From Candidatus Sumerlaeia bacterium (GTDB lineage: Bacteria; Sumerlaeota; Sumerlaeia; SLMS01; JANRJK01), in the NCBI GenBank assembly GCA_033764015.1, contig JANRJK010000046.1, positions 64,001 through 128,000 of the forward strand: DNA of 64,000 bases, in the 5' to 3' direction. Positions 19,081 to 29,006 of this stretch are shown in pieces. The notes beneath the pieces are model-generated. The model did no database searches and was not told the origin of the DNA. It saw nothing but the letters and a program-made list of their open reading frames with translations. Both the position numbers and the translations under genes were made by a program. Positions within the stretch are counted from its first letter, which is position 1; the number at the start of each line of letters is the position of its first letter.

Positions 19081-21798
19081 ATGCTTAACGCCAGCCACTC
19101 CCTCCGATCCCTCTCCGCCGCGGCGGCCGCCTTCGCCTTCATCGCGGCGTTCGCCGGAACCACCGCCGCCCACGGCGCCGAGCCGCCGGCCACGCATGTC
19201 TACCGCGTCGAACTGAACCGCCCGCTTTCGATCCCGTTCGGGACCCTCGCGGCTGGCCTGCACCGGCCCCTCGACTACGACGCGCCGGGCGAGGTGGTGC
19301 GCGCCTACGGGGGACTGGACGATAAGGGACAGCCGATCCAGGCCGACCGCGCCCTCTACCTCGCAACCACGGATTCGCTCACGACGACGACCGTGACGCT
19401 TCGCACGCGGAACGCGGGATCGCCGGGGTGGGATCGGTTCGACGAGGGCGAACTGACCGTTCGCGAGGTTGCGCCGGACGATCTCGACTATCTGCGCTCC
19501 GCTGCGCTCGAGGCCGTCGCGCGGCGCAACGCGGTCGAGGTGGGGCGCGCGCTCCTCGACGCCGAGCTGCAGGAGGCGGTGGCGAAGCTCCCCGCGGACG
19601 ATCCGGTGCGGAAGTCGGCGGCCGCTCCGCCCCCGTCCACGCTGCGCCGCGGCTTCGACAGCGCGAACACCATGGGCATGCTGAGCGGCGGCCGGGCGAT
19701 CCAGGAGAACCTCGCGCTCGAGATCGAGCTGCGCCCCGACACGTCCGCCGACCAGGCGACAATCCCCCTCGGGAACACACCGGGGCTCGAGATCGCCGCG
19801 ATCGACTGGGCGCCGTACCTCGCGGGCGTCGCGCCGCAGGATGCCGGCCCGCTGCCGATGCTTGTTCCGGAGGACAACGCGGCGCTCTTCGCGCCCTCCG
19901 TGGCAGCGCTCGCGCGCGTCGCCGAGCAGATCGAGCGCCTCGGCAATCCACTCGCGGACGCGGCGACGGAACGCTCGACGAACCAGCGCACCCGCGAGCG
20001 CATCGAGCGCCAGCTCCTGCTCCCGCTCGACACCGCCGCGCAGCTCCTCGGCGCGGCGCTCGTGGACGAGCTGGCGATCACGGCGGACGACCTCTACTTC
20101 GTGGACGGCACCGGGATCGCGGTGCTGTTCCGCTCGCGCCGGCCGGAGCAGCTCGCCGCCGCGATCCGCGCGCTGCACGCGGCGGAGCTGCGAACGAACC
20201 CCGACGCGCGCGCGTTCGAGGGCGAAACCGGCGGCCTGAGCCACAGCGGCGTGGCGACTCCCTCGCGCGGCGTGTGCAGCCACCTCGCGGTGCTGCCCGG
20301 GGGCGTGGTCGCGGTGGCGAACTCGGCGGCGCTGCTGGGCCGCGTCGCGGCGGTGTCGCGCGGCGAGCTGCCCGCGCTCGGCGCGCTGGACGAGTGGCGC
20401 TTCTTCCGCGACCGCTACCGCCCCGGCGCGGAGCACGAGGACGCCTTGGTGGTCCTGAGCGATCCCGCGATCCGCAAGTGGACCGGGCCTGAGTGGCGCA
20501 TCGGCCAAAGCCGCCGGCTCCGCGCCGCGGCGGGGCTGCTCCGCGTGGCGGGGATGGACCGCGAGGCGCGCCTCAACGCGGCCGCGGGCCCGCGCAGCTA
20601 TCCGACCGGCTGGGTGCTCACCGGGCCCACCACCGTCGTCGCCGACCGCGAGTCGCCCCGGCAGGAGGTCTACGGCTCCCTCGACTTCCTCACGCCGATC
20701 CAGGAACTCGGCATCACCCACGCCACGGTGGCCGAACTTGAGGAGTACCGCAGGTTCCGCGAAGGCTACCAGACGAAGTGGACGCGCTTCTTCGATCCCA
20801 TTGCGATCCAAGTCGATGCGAAGGAGGGCCTGTCGCTCGATACGACCGTGATGCCGCTGGTCGCGGGCACCGACTATGCCGAGTGGCGCAACGGCGCGTT
20901 CTACCTGACGCCGGGCTGCGTGCCGCCGACCTTGCCGGGCACGGCGCTGCGGTTCCAGTGGTGCTTCCACCCGCGAGACATCTTCGGCTGGCGCGAGTCC
21001 TGGGCCACCGCGTGGCTGGACGGCTGGGCGGATCTCACCCTGCTGGATGATCCGGTGCTGGAGGAGATGCCGCTCGCGGGTGGCGACGACCTCTACCCTT
21101 GGCTCATGAGCAACCACTGGCGCCTGCCGCTCATCACCCGCATCGGCAGCCGCAACCAGATCCTCCTCGGATCGATCCTGACCGCCTTCCGGCTTGAGGG
21201 CGTGAGGGCGATGAACAACTCGATCGCCTTTGAGACCATCACGCATGCGAACAGCGCCTACAGCAGAGTTGTGAGCCGCGGGGGGGCCCCCGGCGACCCG
21301 TCGTTCCAGTACGCCACCGACAACTCGATGCTGACGCTCAGCCTGAAGGAAGAGGCGCTGCGGGAGCTGATGGAGAACAACTGGGGCGCCGGAGTCAGGA
21401 CGCCCGAGCCCCTCGGCGAGCACGTCGCGCTCTTCGTCGAGCCTAAGATGATGCCGTTCCTGCGCTCGTTGGACTTCGGCGATTACGACCGCGCGGCCCG
21501 CACCGCGTCCTTCGCCAACATCCCGGTGCTGAACCGCTGGCGGCAGCTTTACCCGGACCGCGACCCGGTCGAGTGCCACCGCATTGTGTTCGGCACCGTC
21601 CTCGAGTGCCCCGGCGGGCAGGGCTACCGTTGGAACGAGATGCAGCGCACCATGGAGTCGGTCGTCTTCGGCTCGCCGAACCAGATGGTCGAGGAGGCCA
21701 CCGTGCCGTGGCCGCGGACGGGCCGTGTCGAGGCGGGCCTCACCTTCGAGCCGGACGGCCTCCGCGCGCGGGTCCGCATCGCGGACCCGCCGCGCTGA
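19081..21798 (+). CDS. Large exported hypothetical protein (905 aa)
   Basis: GAGGAG RBS; Ala-rich signal peptide ending AHG/A; host-like codon usage; no catalytic motif recognised. Confidence 0.75.
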   Translation: MLNASHSLRSLSAAAAAFAFIAAFAGTTAAHGAEPPATHVYRVELNRPLSIPFGTLAAGLHRPLDYDAPGEVVRAYGGLDDKGQPIQADRALYLATTDSLTTTTVTLRTRNAGSPGWDRFDEGELTVREVAPDDLDYLRSAALEAVARRNAVEVGRALLDAELQEAVAKLPADDPVRKSAAAPPPSTLRRGFDSANTMGMLSGGRAIQENLALEIELRPDTSADQATIPLGNTPGLEIAAIDWAPYLAGVAPQDAGPLPMLVPEDNAALFAPSVAALARVAEQIERLGNPLADAATERSTNQRTRERIERQLLLPLDTAAQLLGAALVDELAITADDLYFVDGTGIAVLFRSRRPEQLAAAIRALHAAELRTNPDARAFEGETGGLSHSGVATPSRGVCSHLAVLPGGVVAVANSAALLGRVAAVSRGELPALGALDEWRFFRDRYRPGAEHEDALVVLSDPAIRKWTGPEWRIGQSRRLRAAAGLLRVAGMDREARLNAAAGPRSYPTGWVLTGPTTVVADRESPRQEVYGSLDFLTPIQELGITHATVAELEEYRRFREGYQTKWTRFFDPIAIQVDAKEGLSLDTTVMPLVAGTDYAEWRNGAFYLTPGCVPPTLPGTALRFQWCFHPRDIFGWRESWATAWLDGWADLTLLDDPVLEEMPLAGGDDLYPWLMSNHWRLPLITRIGSRNQILLGSILTAFRLEGVRAMNNSIAFETITHANSAYSRVVSRGGAPGDPSFQYATDNSMLTLSLKEEALRELMENNWGAGVRTPEPLGEHVALFVEPKMMPFLRSLDFGDYDRAARTASFANIPVLNRWRQLYPDRDPVECHRIVFGTVLECPGGQGYRWNEMQRTMESVVFGSPNQMVEEATVPWPRTGRVEAGLTFEPDGLRARVRIADPPR

Positions 21799-21829
21799 GG
21801 GGGGGACGTCGAACCCCGCTGCGGCCCGG

Positions 21830-22015
21830 TCAACCGGGCCGCAGCACCACGCGCCGCGCGCGGATCACCGCGCGCCAGTGCTCCGGCGTCTCGTCCCACA
21901 CGTGGACCTGCACCTTGAACGGGATGTTGCTTTCTTCGAGCGCGGCGCGCTCATGGTTAGCGATCTGTTCCGCCAGATGGTCGAGGGCGGCCTTGAGCTT
22001 GGAGTAGTCGGTCAT
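21830..22015 (-). pseudogene. 61-aa ORF; probable fused remnant of a HEPN (HI0074-like) N-terminus and an MNT nucleotidyltransferase C-terminus
   Basis: MTDYSKLKAALDHLAEQIANH resembles HI0074-family starts; LEESNIPFKVQVHVWD...W..VI...VVL resembles MNT ends. Both resemblances are from recall. Confidence 0.5.
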
Positions 22016-22069
22016 GGGGAGGGCCCCCCGTGTTGGAAGGCAACACCACCTCCCCATCCGCAAGAGCGA

Positions 22070-22099
22070 CGGGGGCGCGCCGTTGCCGGCGCGCCCCCG
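22070..22099 (-). terminator. GC-rich hairpin downstream of the RND permease
   Basis: 13-bp perfect stem CGGGGGCGCGCCG with a GCAA tetraloop on the minus strand; no clear U-tract. Confidence 0.55.
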
Positions 22100-22142
22100 C
22101 GGGTAGCGCTTGCTCTGGCCTGCGGCGCGGTGCCGCGGCGGG

Positions 22143-25100
22143 TCAGCCCTCTTCCAGCTTCGTCACCACGGTCGAAGCGCGCTGGCCGAGCCTCGAGTCG
22201 GCGAACTTCTCGGCGGCGTCCTGGAGCAGCGTCATCACCGAGGGGATGAAGAACAGCGTGGTGATCGTGCCGAGGAGCAGGCCGCCGAACATCACGATGC
22301 CGAGGCCGCGGTACAGTTCCGAGCCGGCGCCGGGGATCAGCACCAGCGGAGCCAAGCCGAGGATCGTGGTGCCCGTCGTCATCAGGATCGGGCGCACTCG
22401 CGAGAGCGTCGCCTTCACCGCCGCGTCGTGCCGGTCCATTCCTTGCCGCTCGAAGTTGAGCGTCTGCTCCACCACGAGGATCGGGTTGTTCACAACGCTA
22501 CCCAGAAGGATGAAGAAGCCGAGCATCGTGAGCACGTCGAGCGACTGGATCTGGCCCGGCTGGACGACCGCCAGGTAGAGGTTGATGAACTTCAGCCCGA
22601 TCACGCCGCCCGACATGCCGACGGGGATCGAGAGCAGGATCGTGAACGGGTGGCCCCAGTGGTGGAAGATCAGCACCATCACCATATACACCAGCGCCAG
22701 CGCCAGGAAGATGTCTCCCGACAGCGCGTCGCGGATCGCCGTCAGCTTGTCGGAGGAGCCGCCGATGCGCAGCTCGACGCCGGGGGGCACCAAGCCCTCC
22801 TCGAACATCTTGCCGACGATCTCGTTGCGGATCGCGTCGATGCCTTCCTCGAGCGATTTCTCCTGCGGCGGTGCGATGCCGAGGGTCACGGCGCGCTGCT
22901 GGTCCACACGGCGGATCGCCTCCGGCACGAAGTCGAACCCGAACGTCGCCACGTCCGCGATCGGCACCGTCGAGCCGGTGTCGGTCGCGATCCGCAGCGC
23001 GTCGAAGTTCGTCAGCGTGTCCAGCGCGCCGAGCGTCGAGTACATATAGATGTCGTACTTGCGGCCGTCCTCGTAGTAGTCGTCCACGTAGGCGCCGTCG
23101 CCGAGGACCCACGCTCCGTAGCCGATGCTCGATGAGCTGACGCCCGACTCCGCCGCGCGGAGCCAGTTCGGCCGGATCGTGAGCTGCGGCTGGCCGATTT
23201 CGATGCCGGGCTGCGGACGCGGCGGCTCGCCGAACAGCATCATCGTCTTCACGAACGCCTGCGCCGCCACCCCGGTGATCATCGGGTAGTCGGTGCCGAT
23301 GATGTCCAGGTCCACGCCGCGGGATCCGAGCAGGTCCGACTCGAAGATCGACACCTGCTGGGCGAACCCGAACATGCCGGGCACCTGGTTGAAGTAGCGC
23401 GTCAGCAGGTCGGGCACCAGCGCGGAGTGCGACGGGTCCTGAGCCCGCGAGAAGATGAAGATGTTCGCGCCGAAGCCGACGAAGAAGAAGTCCTTGATCG
23501 GCGGGCCGTCCAGCTCGCCGGCCTCGAACTGCTCCGGCGTGCCCTCCACGTAGGGGCGGATCCGGCTCTCGAGCTCCGCGCCGACCGCCGACAGCTCGTC
23601 GATGTTGTAGCCCTGCGGCGGGATCATCAGGCCGAAAACCGTGTTCTGGTTGCCGTCCGGCAGGTACTCCGTCTTCGGCATGAAGACGAAGATGAGGAGG
23701 ATCGACAGCCCGAGCACGCCGCCGACGACCGCGAGGCGGCGCGCCGTGCTGCGCATCAGGTAGGTCAGCAGCCGCTCCAGCATCCGGAGCCATCCGCCCG
23801 CGAGGTGCGCGAGCCCGAACAGGTTGTAGGCGTTCCGCCGCAGGCCGGCGTGCTTCGGTTCCTCCGGCAGCTTGTGCAGCAGGTGGTACGCGAGGCACGG
23901 CACCACCAGCACCGCGACGAGCAGCGCCAGCAGGTTCGTCGCGGTGATCGCGATGGCGATGTCCTTGAAGAGCTGCCCCGCCTGCTCCTTCAGCGTGATG
24001 ATCGGCAGGAACACGATCACGTTCGTCAGCGTGCCGGACAGCAGCGCCGACCAGACCTCCTCGATGCCGTCCTCCGCCGCCTTATAGGGGCCCTTCCCCA
24101 TCTCTCGATGCCGGAAGATGTTCTCCAGAACCACGATCGAGCAGTCGAGCACCGAACCCACGGAGAACGCCAGGCCGGCGAGCGAGATCACGTTGATCGT
24201 CCTCCCCAGCGCGTTGATCATGAAGAGGCTTCCCGCGATGCACAGCGGCACCGCGACGCCCACGATCGCCGTGCTGCGCAGGTGCCGCAGGAACATCATC
24301 AGCACCACCAGCGACAGCGCGCCGCCGCTGAACAGGTTCGAATACACCATCTCGGTGGCTTCCCGCACGTACTCGGTGTCGTCGGTGACCTGCGTGATGC
24401 GCAGGTTCCGCGGCGCGAGCATCTCGTTCTCCACCTCGATGGCGACGCGCTTCACCTCGTCCATGACCACGAGCAGGTTGGTGCCGGGCTCGTGGCGGAC
24501 GCCCATGGCGAGCGCGGGGCGACCGTTGTGGCGGATCAGCGAGCGCTGCTTCGCCGTGCCGAGCGCCGCGTAGCCGACATCGCGGATGTACACCGCCACC
24601 CCGTCGCGCACCGTGATGATCGTGTTCTCGAGGTCCTGCGGCGTGCGGACGCGCCCCAGCGTCCGCACGTTGTAGCGCCGCTTCCCCTCGTACAGGTCGC
24701 CGCCGGAGACGTCGCGGTTGTTCAAGCGCACCGCCTCGCGCACCTGGTAGATCGTGATGCCGCGCTCCGCCAGTTTCGTCGGGTCGATGAAGAGCTGCAT
24801 CTCCTTCGGCGAGCCGCCGTAGACGCCCTGGATGGAGGCGACCCCGGGAATGCGCTCGAAGCGCGGCTTGACGAAGTCCTCGACGTAGTTGAACTGCGCC
24901 TGGATGTCGACCTGCGCTTCCATGCCCTCCGCGGCGCGGATGCTGAACCAGCCCACCGGCTGGTCCGCGGAGGAAGTGGTCGAGATCGCCGGCTGGTCCA
25001 CGTTCTCCGGGTACGAAGCCACCTGCGCCAGCGCGTTGTTCACGCGCACCAGATTCTCCGACTGGTCGGAGCCGACGCTGAACTCGAGGATGATTTCGCC

Positions 25101-25358
25101 CTGCCCGAAGGTGGCGTTGCTCGTCATCTTCTTCAGGCCGGGGACCGAGCGGAGGAAGCGCTCCTGCTCGATCAGGATGTCCTGCTCCACATCCTCCGGC
25201 GAGGCGCCGGGGAAGATCGTGGAGACGGTGATCGCCGGTTCGCGCACGTTCGGCGTGAGCTGGACCGGGATGCTGAAGAGCGCCAGCACGCCGAACAGCA
25301 TGATCGTGATGCAGAGCACCGCCACGGCGATGCCGTTGTTCAGGAAGTAGCGGATCAA
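22143..25358 (-). CDS. RND efflux transporter permease (AcrB/AcrD/AcrF family)
   Basis: 1071 aa; two large periplasmic loops; INVISLAGLA..VG...D.SIVVLENI; SRVRPILMTT; TTG start. Confidence 0.95.
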   Translation of the reverse strand: MIRYFLNNGIAVAVLCITIMLFGVLALFSIPVQLTPNVREPAITVSTIFPGASPEDVEQDILIEQERFLRSVPGLKKMTSNATFGQGEIILEFSVGSDQSENLVRVNNALAQVASYPENVDQPAISTTSSADQPVGWFSIRAAEGMEAQVDIQAQFNYVEDFVKPRFERIPGVASIQGVYGGSPKEMQLFIDPTKLAERGITIYQVREAVRLNNRDVSGGDLYEGKRRYNVRTLGRVRTPQDLENTIITVRDGVAVYIRDVGYAALGTAKQRSLIRHNGRPALAMGVRHEPGTNLLVVMDEVKRVAIEVENEMLAPRNLRITQVTDDTEYVREATEMVYSNLFSGGALSLVVLMMFLRHLRSTAIVGVAVPLCIAGSLFMINALGRTINVISLAGLAFSVGSVLDCSIVVLENIFRHREMGKGPYKAAEDGIEEVWSALLSGTLTNVIVFLPIITLKEQAGQLFKDIAIAITATNLLALLVAVLVVPCLAYHLLHKLPEEPKHAGLRRNAYNLFGLAHLAGGWLRMLERLLTYLMRSTARRLAVVGGVLGLSILLIFVFMPKTEYLPDGNQNTVFGLMIPPQGYNIDELSAVGAELESRIRPYVEGTPEQFEAGELDGPPIKDFFFVGFGANIFIFSRAQDPSHSALVPDLLTRYFNQVPGMFGFAQQVSIFESDLLGSRGVDLDIIGTDYPMITGVAAQAFVKTMMLFGEPPRPQPGIEIGQPQLTIRPNWLRAAESGVSSSSIGYGAWVLGDGAYVDDYYEDGRKYDIYMYSTLGALDTLTNFDALRIATDTGSTVPIADVATFGFDFVPEAIRRVDQQRAVTLGIAPPQEKSLEEGIDAIRNEIVGKMFEEGLVPPGVELRIGGSSDKLTAIRDALSGDIFLALALVYMVMVLIFHHWGHPFTILLSIPVGMSGGVIGLKFINLYLAVVQPGQIQSLDVLTMLGFFILLGSVVNNPILVVEQTLNFERQGMDRHDAAVKATLSRVRPILMTTGTTILGLAPLVLIPGAGSELYRGLGIVMFGGLLLGTITTLFFIPSVMTLLQDAAEKFADSRLGQRASTVVTKLEEG

Positions 25359-25389
25359 GTGGGCGTCCCTCCGGGTTGCGCGGGGAGCG

Positions 25390-26724
25390 TCATTCGACGC
25401 GGTTCGATTCGTCGAAGAATCCGGTCGGGTCCACGCGGTCCGCGCTGTTCAGGGCGTCGGTCACGAACTGGTTTGTCAGCAGGGGCTGGCCCGGGCGCAG
25501 GCGCTCGTTGCCGCGGATCACCACCTCGTCGCCGGCCTTCAGAGGGCCGAACACCTCGACCGACTGGCCGAAGAAGCGCCCCGTCGTCACCGGCAGCATC
25601 TCCGCCACCACGCCTCCTTCCGTGCGCACCGCCTTAAAGACGAACAGCGCCGGGCCCTGCGGCACCAGCGCGTCGCGCAGCACAAGCACGGACTTCTCGT
25701 CCGCCGACGGCGCGTCGAGCTCGATGCGCGCCAGCATTCCCGAAGCGACGCGGCGCCCCGGGTTCGGCATCTCGAGGAAGATCTGGAACGCGCGGTTCTG
25801 CCGGTCCGCCCGCGGCACCTTCTGGTGCACCCGCGCCGTGAACGGCTCGTTCGGGAAGGCGTCGATGGCGACTTGGAACGTGTCGCCCACCTCGATCAGC
25901 GAGAAGTAACGCTCCGGCACCTCGACGGCGACCTTCAGGTGGTCCATGTACTCGAAGTCGTAGAGCCGCGTGCCGCGGTCGAGGAAGCTGCCGAGGGAGA
26001 TGTACTTGTTCGTGATCGCGCCGGCGAAGGGCGCGCGCACCGTCGAGCGCTCCAGCGAGTCGGCGGCGAGCCCGGCGAGCGCCTCGGAGGCCTCCGCCTG
26101 CGCCTTCGCCGCGGCCACCACTTCCGCGCGCGAGCCCCGCTCGGCGATGTCCAGCCGCGCCTTCAGCACGCGCTCGTTCGCCTGCGCCGTCACATACGCG
26201 CGCCGCACCCGGTCGTACTCGCTCTGGCTCGTGTTGCCGTCGCGGAGGAGCTGCTCGTAGCGCTCGAAGTCCGCCTTGGCGATCTCCGCGTTGGTCTTCC
26301 CCTCTTCGTGGTTCGCGCGGGCGATTTCGAGATCCTCCGCGCGCGTCCCGTTGGCCAGTTCCAGATAGCGCTGGCGGTCCGCGTCGGCCTGCGCGCGGGC
26401 CTGCGCCAGACGCAGTTGGAACGGCTCCGGCCGCATCCGCAGCAGCGCGGTCCCGGTCGTCACGTAGTCGCCCTCGAGCGCGAGGATCTCCGACACCACG
26501 CCCTCCTCTTCGGAGGCAATGGCGGTACGAACGAAGCCCTCGACGGACCCGGTGAGCTTGATGGGCTGCGTGATCGAGCCGAGCTCGACACGCGCCGTCA
26601 CCACGGATGCCGGAGGTCCGGCGGGAGCCGAACTTTCGTCTGGCTGGGCCGGAATCACACTAACCCAGAGGCCGAGGGCCAGTGCCACTGCGGAGGCGCC
26701 GGAAAGCACGCGGGAGCTTTTCAT
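25390..26724 (-). CDS. RND periplasmic adaptor (membrane fusion protein)
   Basis: N-terminal signal/TM, lipoyl-like EGDYV..G, coiled coil, VRAPFAG, LKAGDEVVIRG. Confidence 0.92.
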   Translation of the reverse strand: MKSSRVLSGASAVALALGLWVSVIPAQPDESSAPAGPPASVVTARVELGSITQPIKLTGSVEGFVRTAIASEEEGVVSEILALEGDYVTTGTALLRMRPEPFQLRLAQARAQADADRQRYLELANGTRAEDLEIARANHEEGKTNAEIAKADFERYEQLLRDGNTSQSEYDRVRRAYVTAQANERVLKARLDIAERGSRAEVVAAAKAQAEASEALAGLAADSLERSTVRAPFAGAITNKYISLGSFLDRGTRLYDFEYMDHLKVAVEVPERYFSLIEVGDTFQVAIDAFPNEPFTARVHQKVPRADRQNRAFQIFLEMPNPGRRVASGMLARIELDAPSADEKSVLVLRDALVPQGPALFVFKAVRTEGGVVAEMLPVTTGRFFGQSVEVFGPLKAGDEVVIRGNERLRPGQPLLTNQFVTDALNSADRVDPTGFFDESNRVE

Positions 26725-26895
26725 AGAGTGTTTGTTCTGTTGAGGTTGAGATTCCGCTGGGGGGAGGGCGAAGACTCCCTCCGGAGCCTTCAACGGGCGG
26801 TTCCGCTTGAATTCCGATAATTATGAGAGCAAGTCCGGTTCCCGAACGGGACACCCGGTATCGTGTACGTCTCGGCTCGCGCGGACTTCACCGCG

Positions 26896-27753
26896 TCAGG
26901 CGAACTCGAGGGCGACCGGCTCCGGGATCAGGCCGGCGGCGTGCGCTTCCGCGAGGAACCGCTCGACGCCCGCGCGCCCGCGGTCCCCGAAGTCCCGCGT
27001 CAGCTCGTTGACATACATGCCGACGAAGCGGTCCGTCAGGCCCTCGTCCAGGCCGCGTCCCCACTGCATCGAGTGCCGCAGCGCCGGCTGCCGGTTCTTC
27101 AGCCCGTACTCGATCGAATCCATCAGGATCGTCTTGAGCCGGGCGATCAGCTCCGGCCCGAGCGACTTGCGCACCACGTTCGCCCCCAGCGGGAGCGGCA
27201 GGCCGCCGGTGCGGTCGTGCCACCACTCGCCCAGGTCGACCACCTTGTGGAAGCCCTCGGACTTCCAGGTGAGCTGCCCCTCGTGGATCAGCAGGCCGCA
27301 GTCCGCGTCGCCCGCCCGCACCGCGTCCATGATCTCGTCGAAGGGGACCACCTTGTAGGAGAAGTCCTTCGTGCCGAGGTAGAGCGCCAGCGACAGGAAG
27401 GCGCTCGTCATCAGGCCCGGCACGGCGACCACCTTGCGGCGGAGGTCGGCGGGTTCGAGCGGTTCGCGCGCGATCACGAGCGGCCCGTAGTTGTCGCCCA
27501 TGGAGGCGCCGCAAGGGAGCAGCGCGTACTTGCCGGTGACGTAGGCGTAGGCGTGGATGCTGATCGCGCTGATGTCCAGCTCCTCGCGGAGCGCGCGCTC
27601 GTTCAGCGTCTGGATGTCCTGCAGGATGTGCTCGAACGCGAGGTCCGGCGCGCCCACCGCCCCGCACGCCATGCCGTAGAACATGAACGCGTCGTCGGGA
27701 TCGGGGGAGTGTCCGAGCGTGAGTTGGCGCGTGGCCGCTGCGGTGCTGTCCAT
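26896..27753 (-). CDS. mqnD: 1,4-dihydroxy-6-naphthoate synthase (MqnA/MqnD family; futalosine menaquinone pathway)
   Basis: LGHSPDPDDAFMFY, DIQTLNERA, SMGDNYGP, GLLIHEGQLT, DLGEWW..TGGLPLPLG, FVGMYVN. Confidence 0.85.
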   Translation of the reverse strand: MDSTAAATRQLTLGHSPDPDDAFMFYGMACGAVGAPDLAFEHILQDIQTLNERALREELDISAISIHAYAYVTGKYALLPCGASMGDNYGPLVIAREPLEPADLRRKVVAVPGLMTSAFLSLALYLGTKDFSYKVVPFDEIMDAVRAGDADCGLLIHEGQLTWKSEGFHKVVDLGEWWHDRTGGLPLPLGANVVRKSLGPELIARLKTILMDSIEYGLKNRQPALRHSMQWGRGLDEGLTDRFVGMYVNELTRDFGDRGRAGVERFLAEAHAAGLIPEPVALEFA

Positions 27754-27832
27754 GGCGTGCTCCTGGGCTGGGGCGTAACGGGCCTTCCGGCCCGGTGGCG
27801 CTCCGGGGGGCAAGATCGGGACCGTCGCGTGG

Positions 27833-28909
27833 TCAGTCGGCCGCCGCGGGAGGCGTCGTGCCGGGGGCGGGGGCGCCCACGCCGACTCCGTCCGAGTCGT
27901 CCTCGTTCACTTCCTCGCCGGTCTGGGGCGTCGCGGGGCGCACCTTCACGGCGGCGTACTTCCCGGTCTTGTCGGAGATACCCGCCTCGAAGGCGACCTC
28001 CTGCCCCACCTTGAGCTGGAAGAAGCTGGCGTCCATGATCACCGAGTGGTGGAAGAACCAGCTCTTGCCGGCCTCCGTCTCGTCCGTGATCCAGCCGGTG
28101 CCGTTCGGGTTGAGGAAGTTGATGCGCCCCTGCCGGAAACCGGGCGACGGGGGCGTGAGGGGCGGCCCGGCGGGAAGCGAGCCGCCGTTCGTGGCCCGCT
28201 CCTCGCGCCGCTGCAGCGCCTCCGCGGAGGGCTCGATGAAAAGTCCCTCGATCGTCTGGTCCCGGCGCGAGGTGCGCGCGTCGATGATCGAGTTCATCAG
28301 CAGCGGGTAGGTCACTTCCTTGAGGAGCGTTTCCGCCGTGCGCGTGGTGTGCTGGCGGGCGGGCTCGCCCTCGTTGTAGGTGAAGTCCCACGCCAGCAGC
28401 ATCACCCGCGTGCCGAGCGCGTGGAGCTTGCGCACCAGCGGCAGGTAGTCGCCGTCGCACGCGACCAGGCACACGATGTCGAACTGCTTGTGCACCGCGA
28501 GCTCGTAGGTCTCGAGCGCGAGGAGGACGTCGACGCCCTTCTCGCCGTAGGTGCCGCGGGGCAGGTAGTGGGCGAGCACGCCGGACTTGATGAGGATGTC
28601 GTCGAACATCCGCTCGCCGAGGAGCATGTCCTTGCGTTCCGAGTCCTCCGCGCTGTAGCGCCCGCGGAAGTAGTGGGCGTCGACGATTCGGCAGTACTCG
28701 GTGTCGCGCTTCTCGAGGTCGGCGGCGCGGGCGCGCACGAACTCGTGCAGGCCGTTGATCGAAATGCGCGCCTGGCGCTCGTGGTGGTAGCGGTAGTACT
28801 TGCTGACCTCGCTGAAATAGCCGCCGTCATAGAAGATGCCGATGCGGATCACGCCCGGCAGTGCCGCTGGATTCACCGGATTGCTCCTGGGAAACGAAGA
28901 ATGCATCAT
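27833..28909 (-). CDS. NYN (LabA/DUF88, PIN-like) domain protein with C-terminal cold-shock domain
   Basis: GIFYDGGY, EKGVDV, LVACDGDYLPL..KL...G; CSD-like GTGWI...WFFHHS...LKVGQEVAF. Confidence 0.85.
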   Translation of the reverse strand: MMHSSFPRSNPVNPAALPGVIRIGIFYDGGYFSEVSKYYRYHHERQARISINGLHEFVRARAADLEKRDTEYCRIVDAHYFRGRYSAEDSERKDMLLGERMFDDILIKSGVLAHYLPRGTYGEKGVDVLLALETYELAVHKQFDIVCLVACDGDYLPLVRKLHALGTRVMLLAWDFTYNEGEPARQHTTRTAETLLKEVTYPLLMNSIIDARTSRRDQTIEGLFIEPSAEALQRREERATNGGSLPAGPPLTPPSPGFRQGRINFLNPNGTGWITDETEAGKSWFFHHSVIMDASFFQLKVGQEVAFEAGISDKTGKYAAVKVRPATPQTGEEVNEDDSDGVGVGAPAPGTTPPAAAD

Positions 28910-29006
28910 GAATGGGTGGTGGCCCGCCCGCGCCCCATGAGGGGAAAGGGATTAGCGCGAAACGGGCCGGAATCCTGGCTGGAGCGCGGGCGCGCGGGGG
29001 CGCCGC

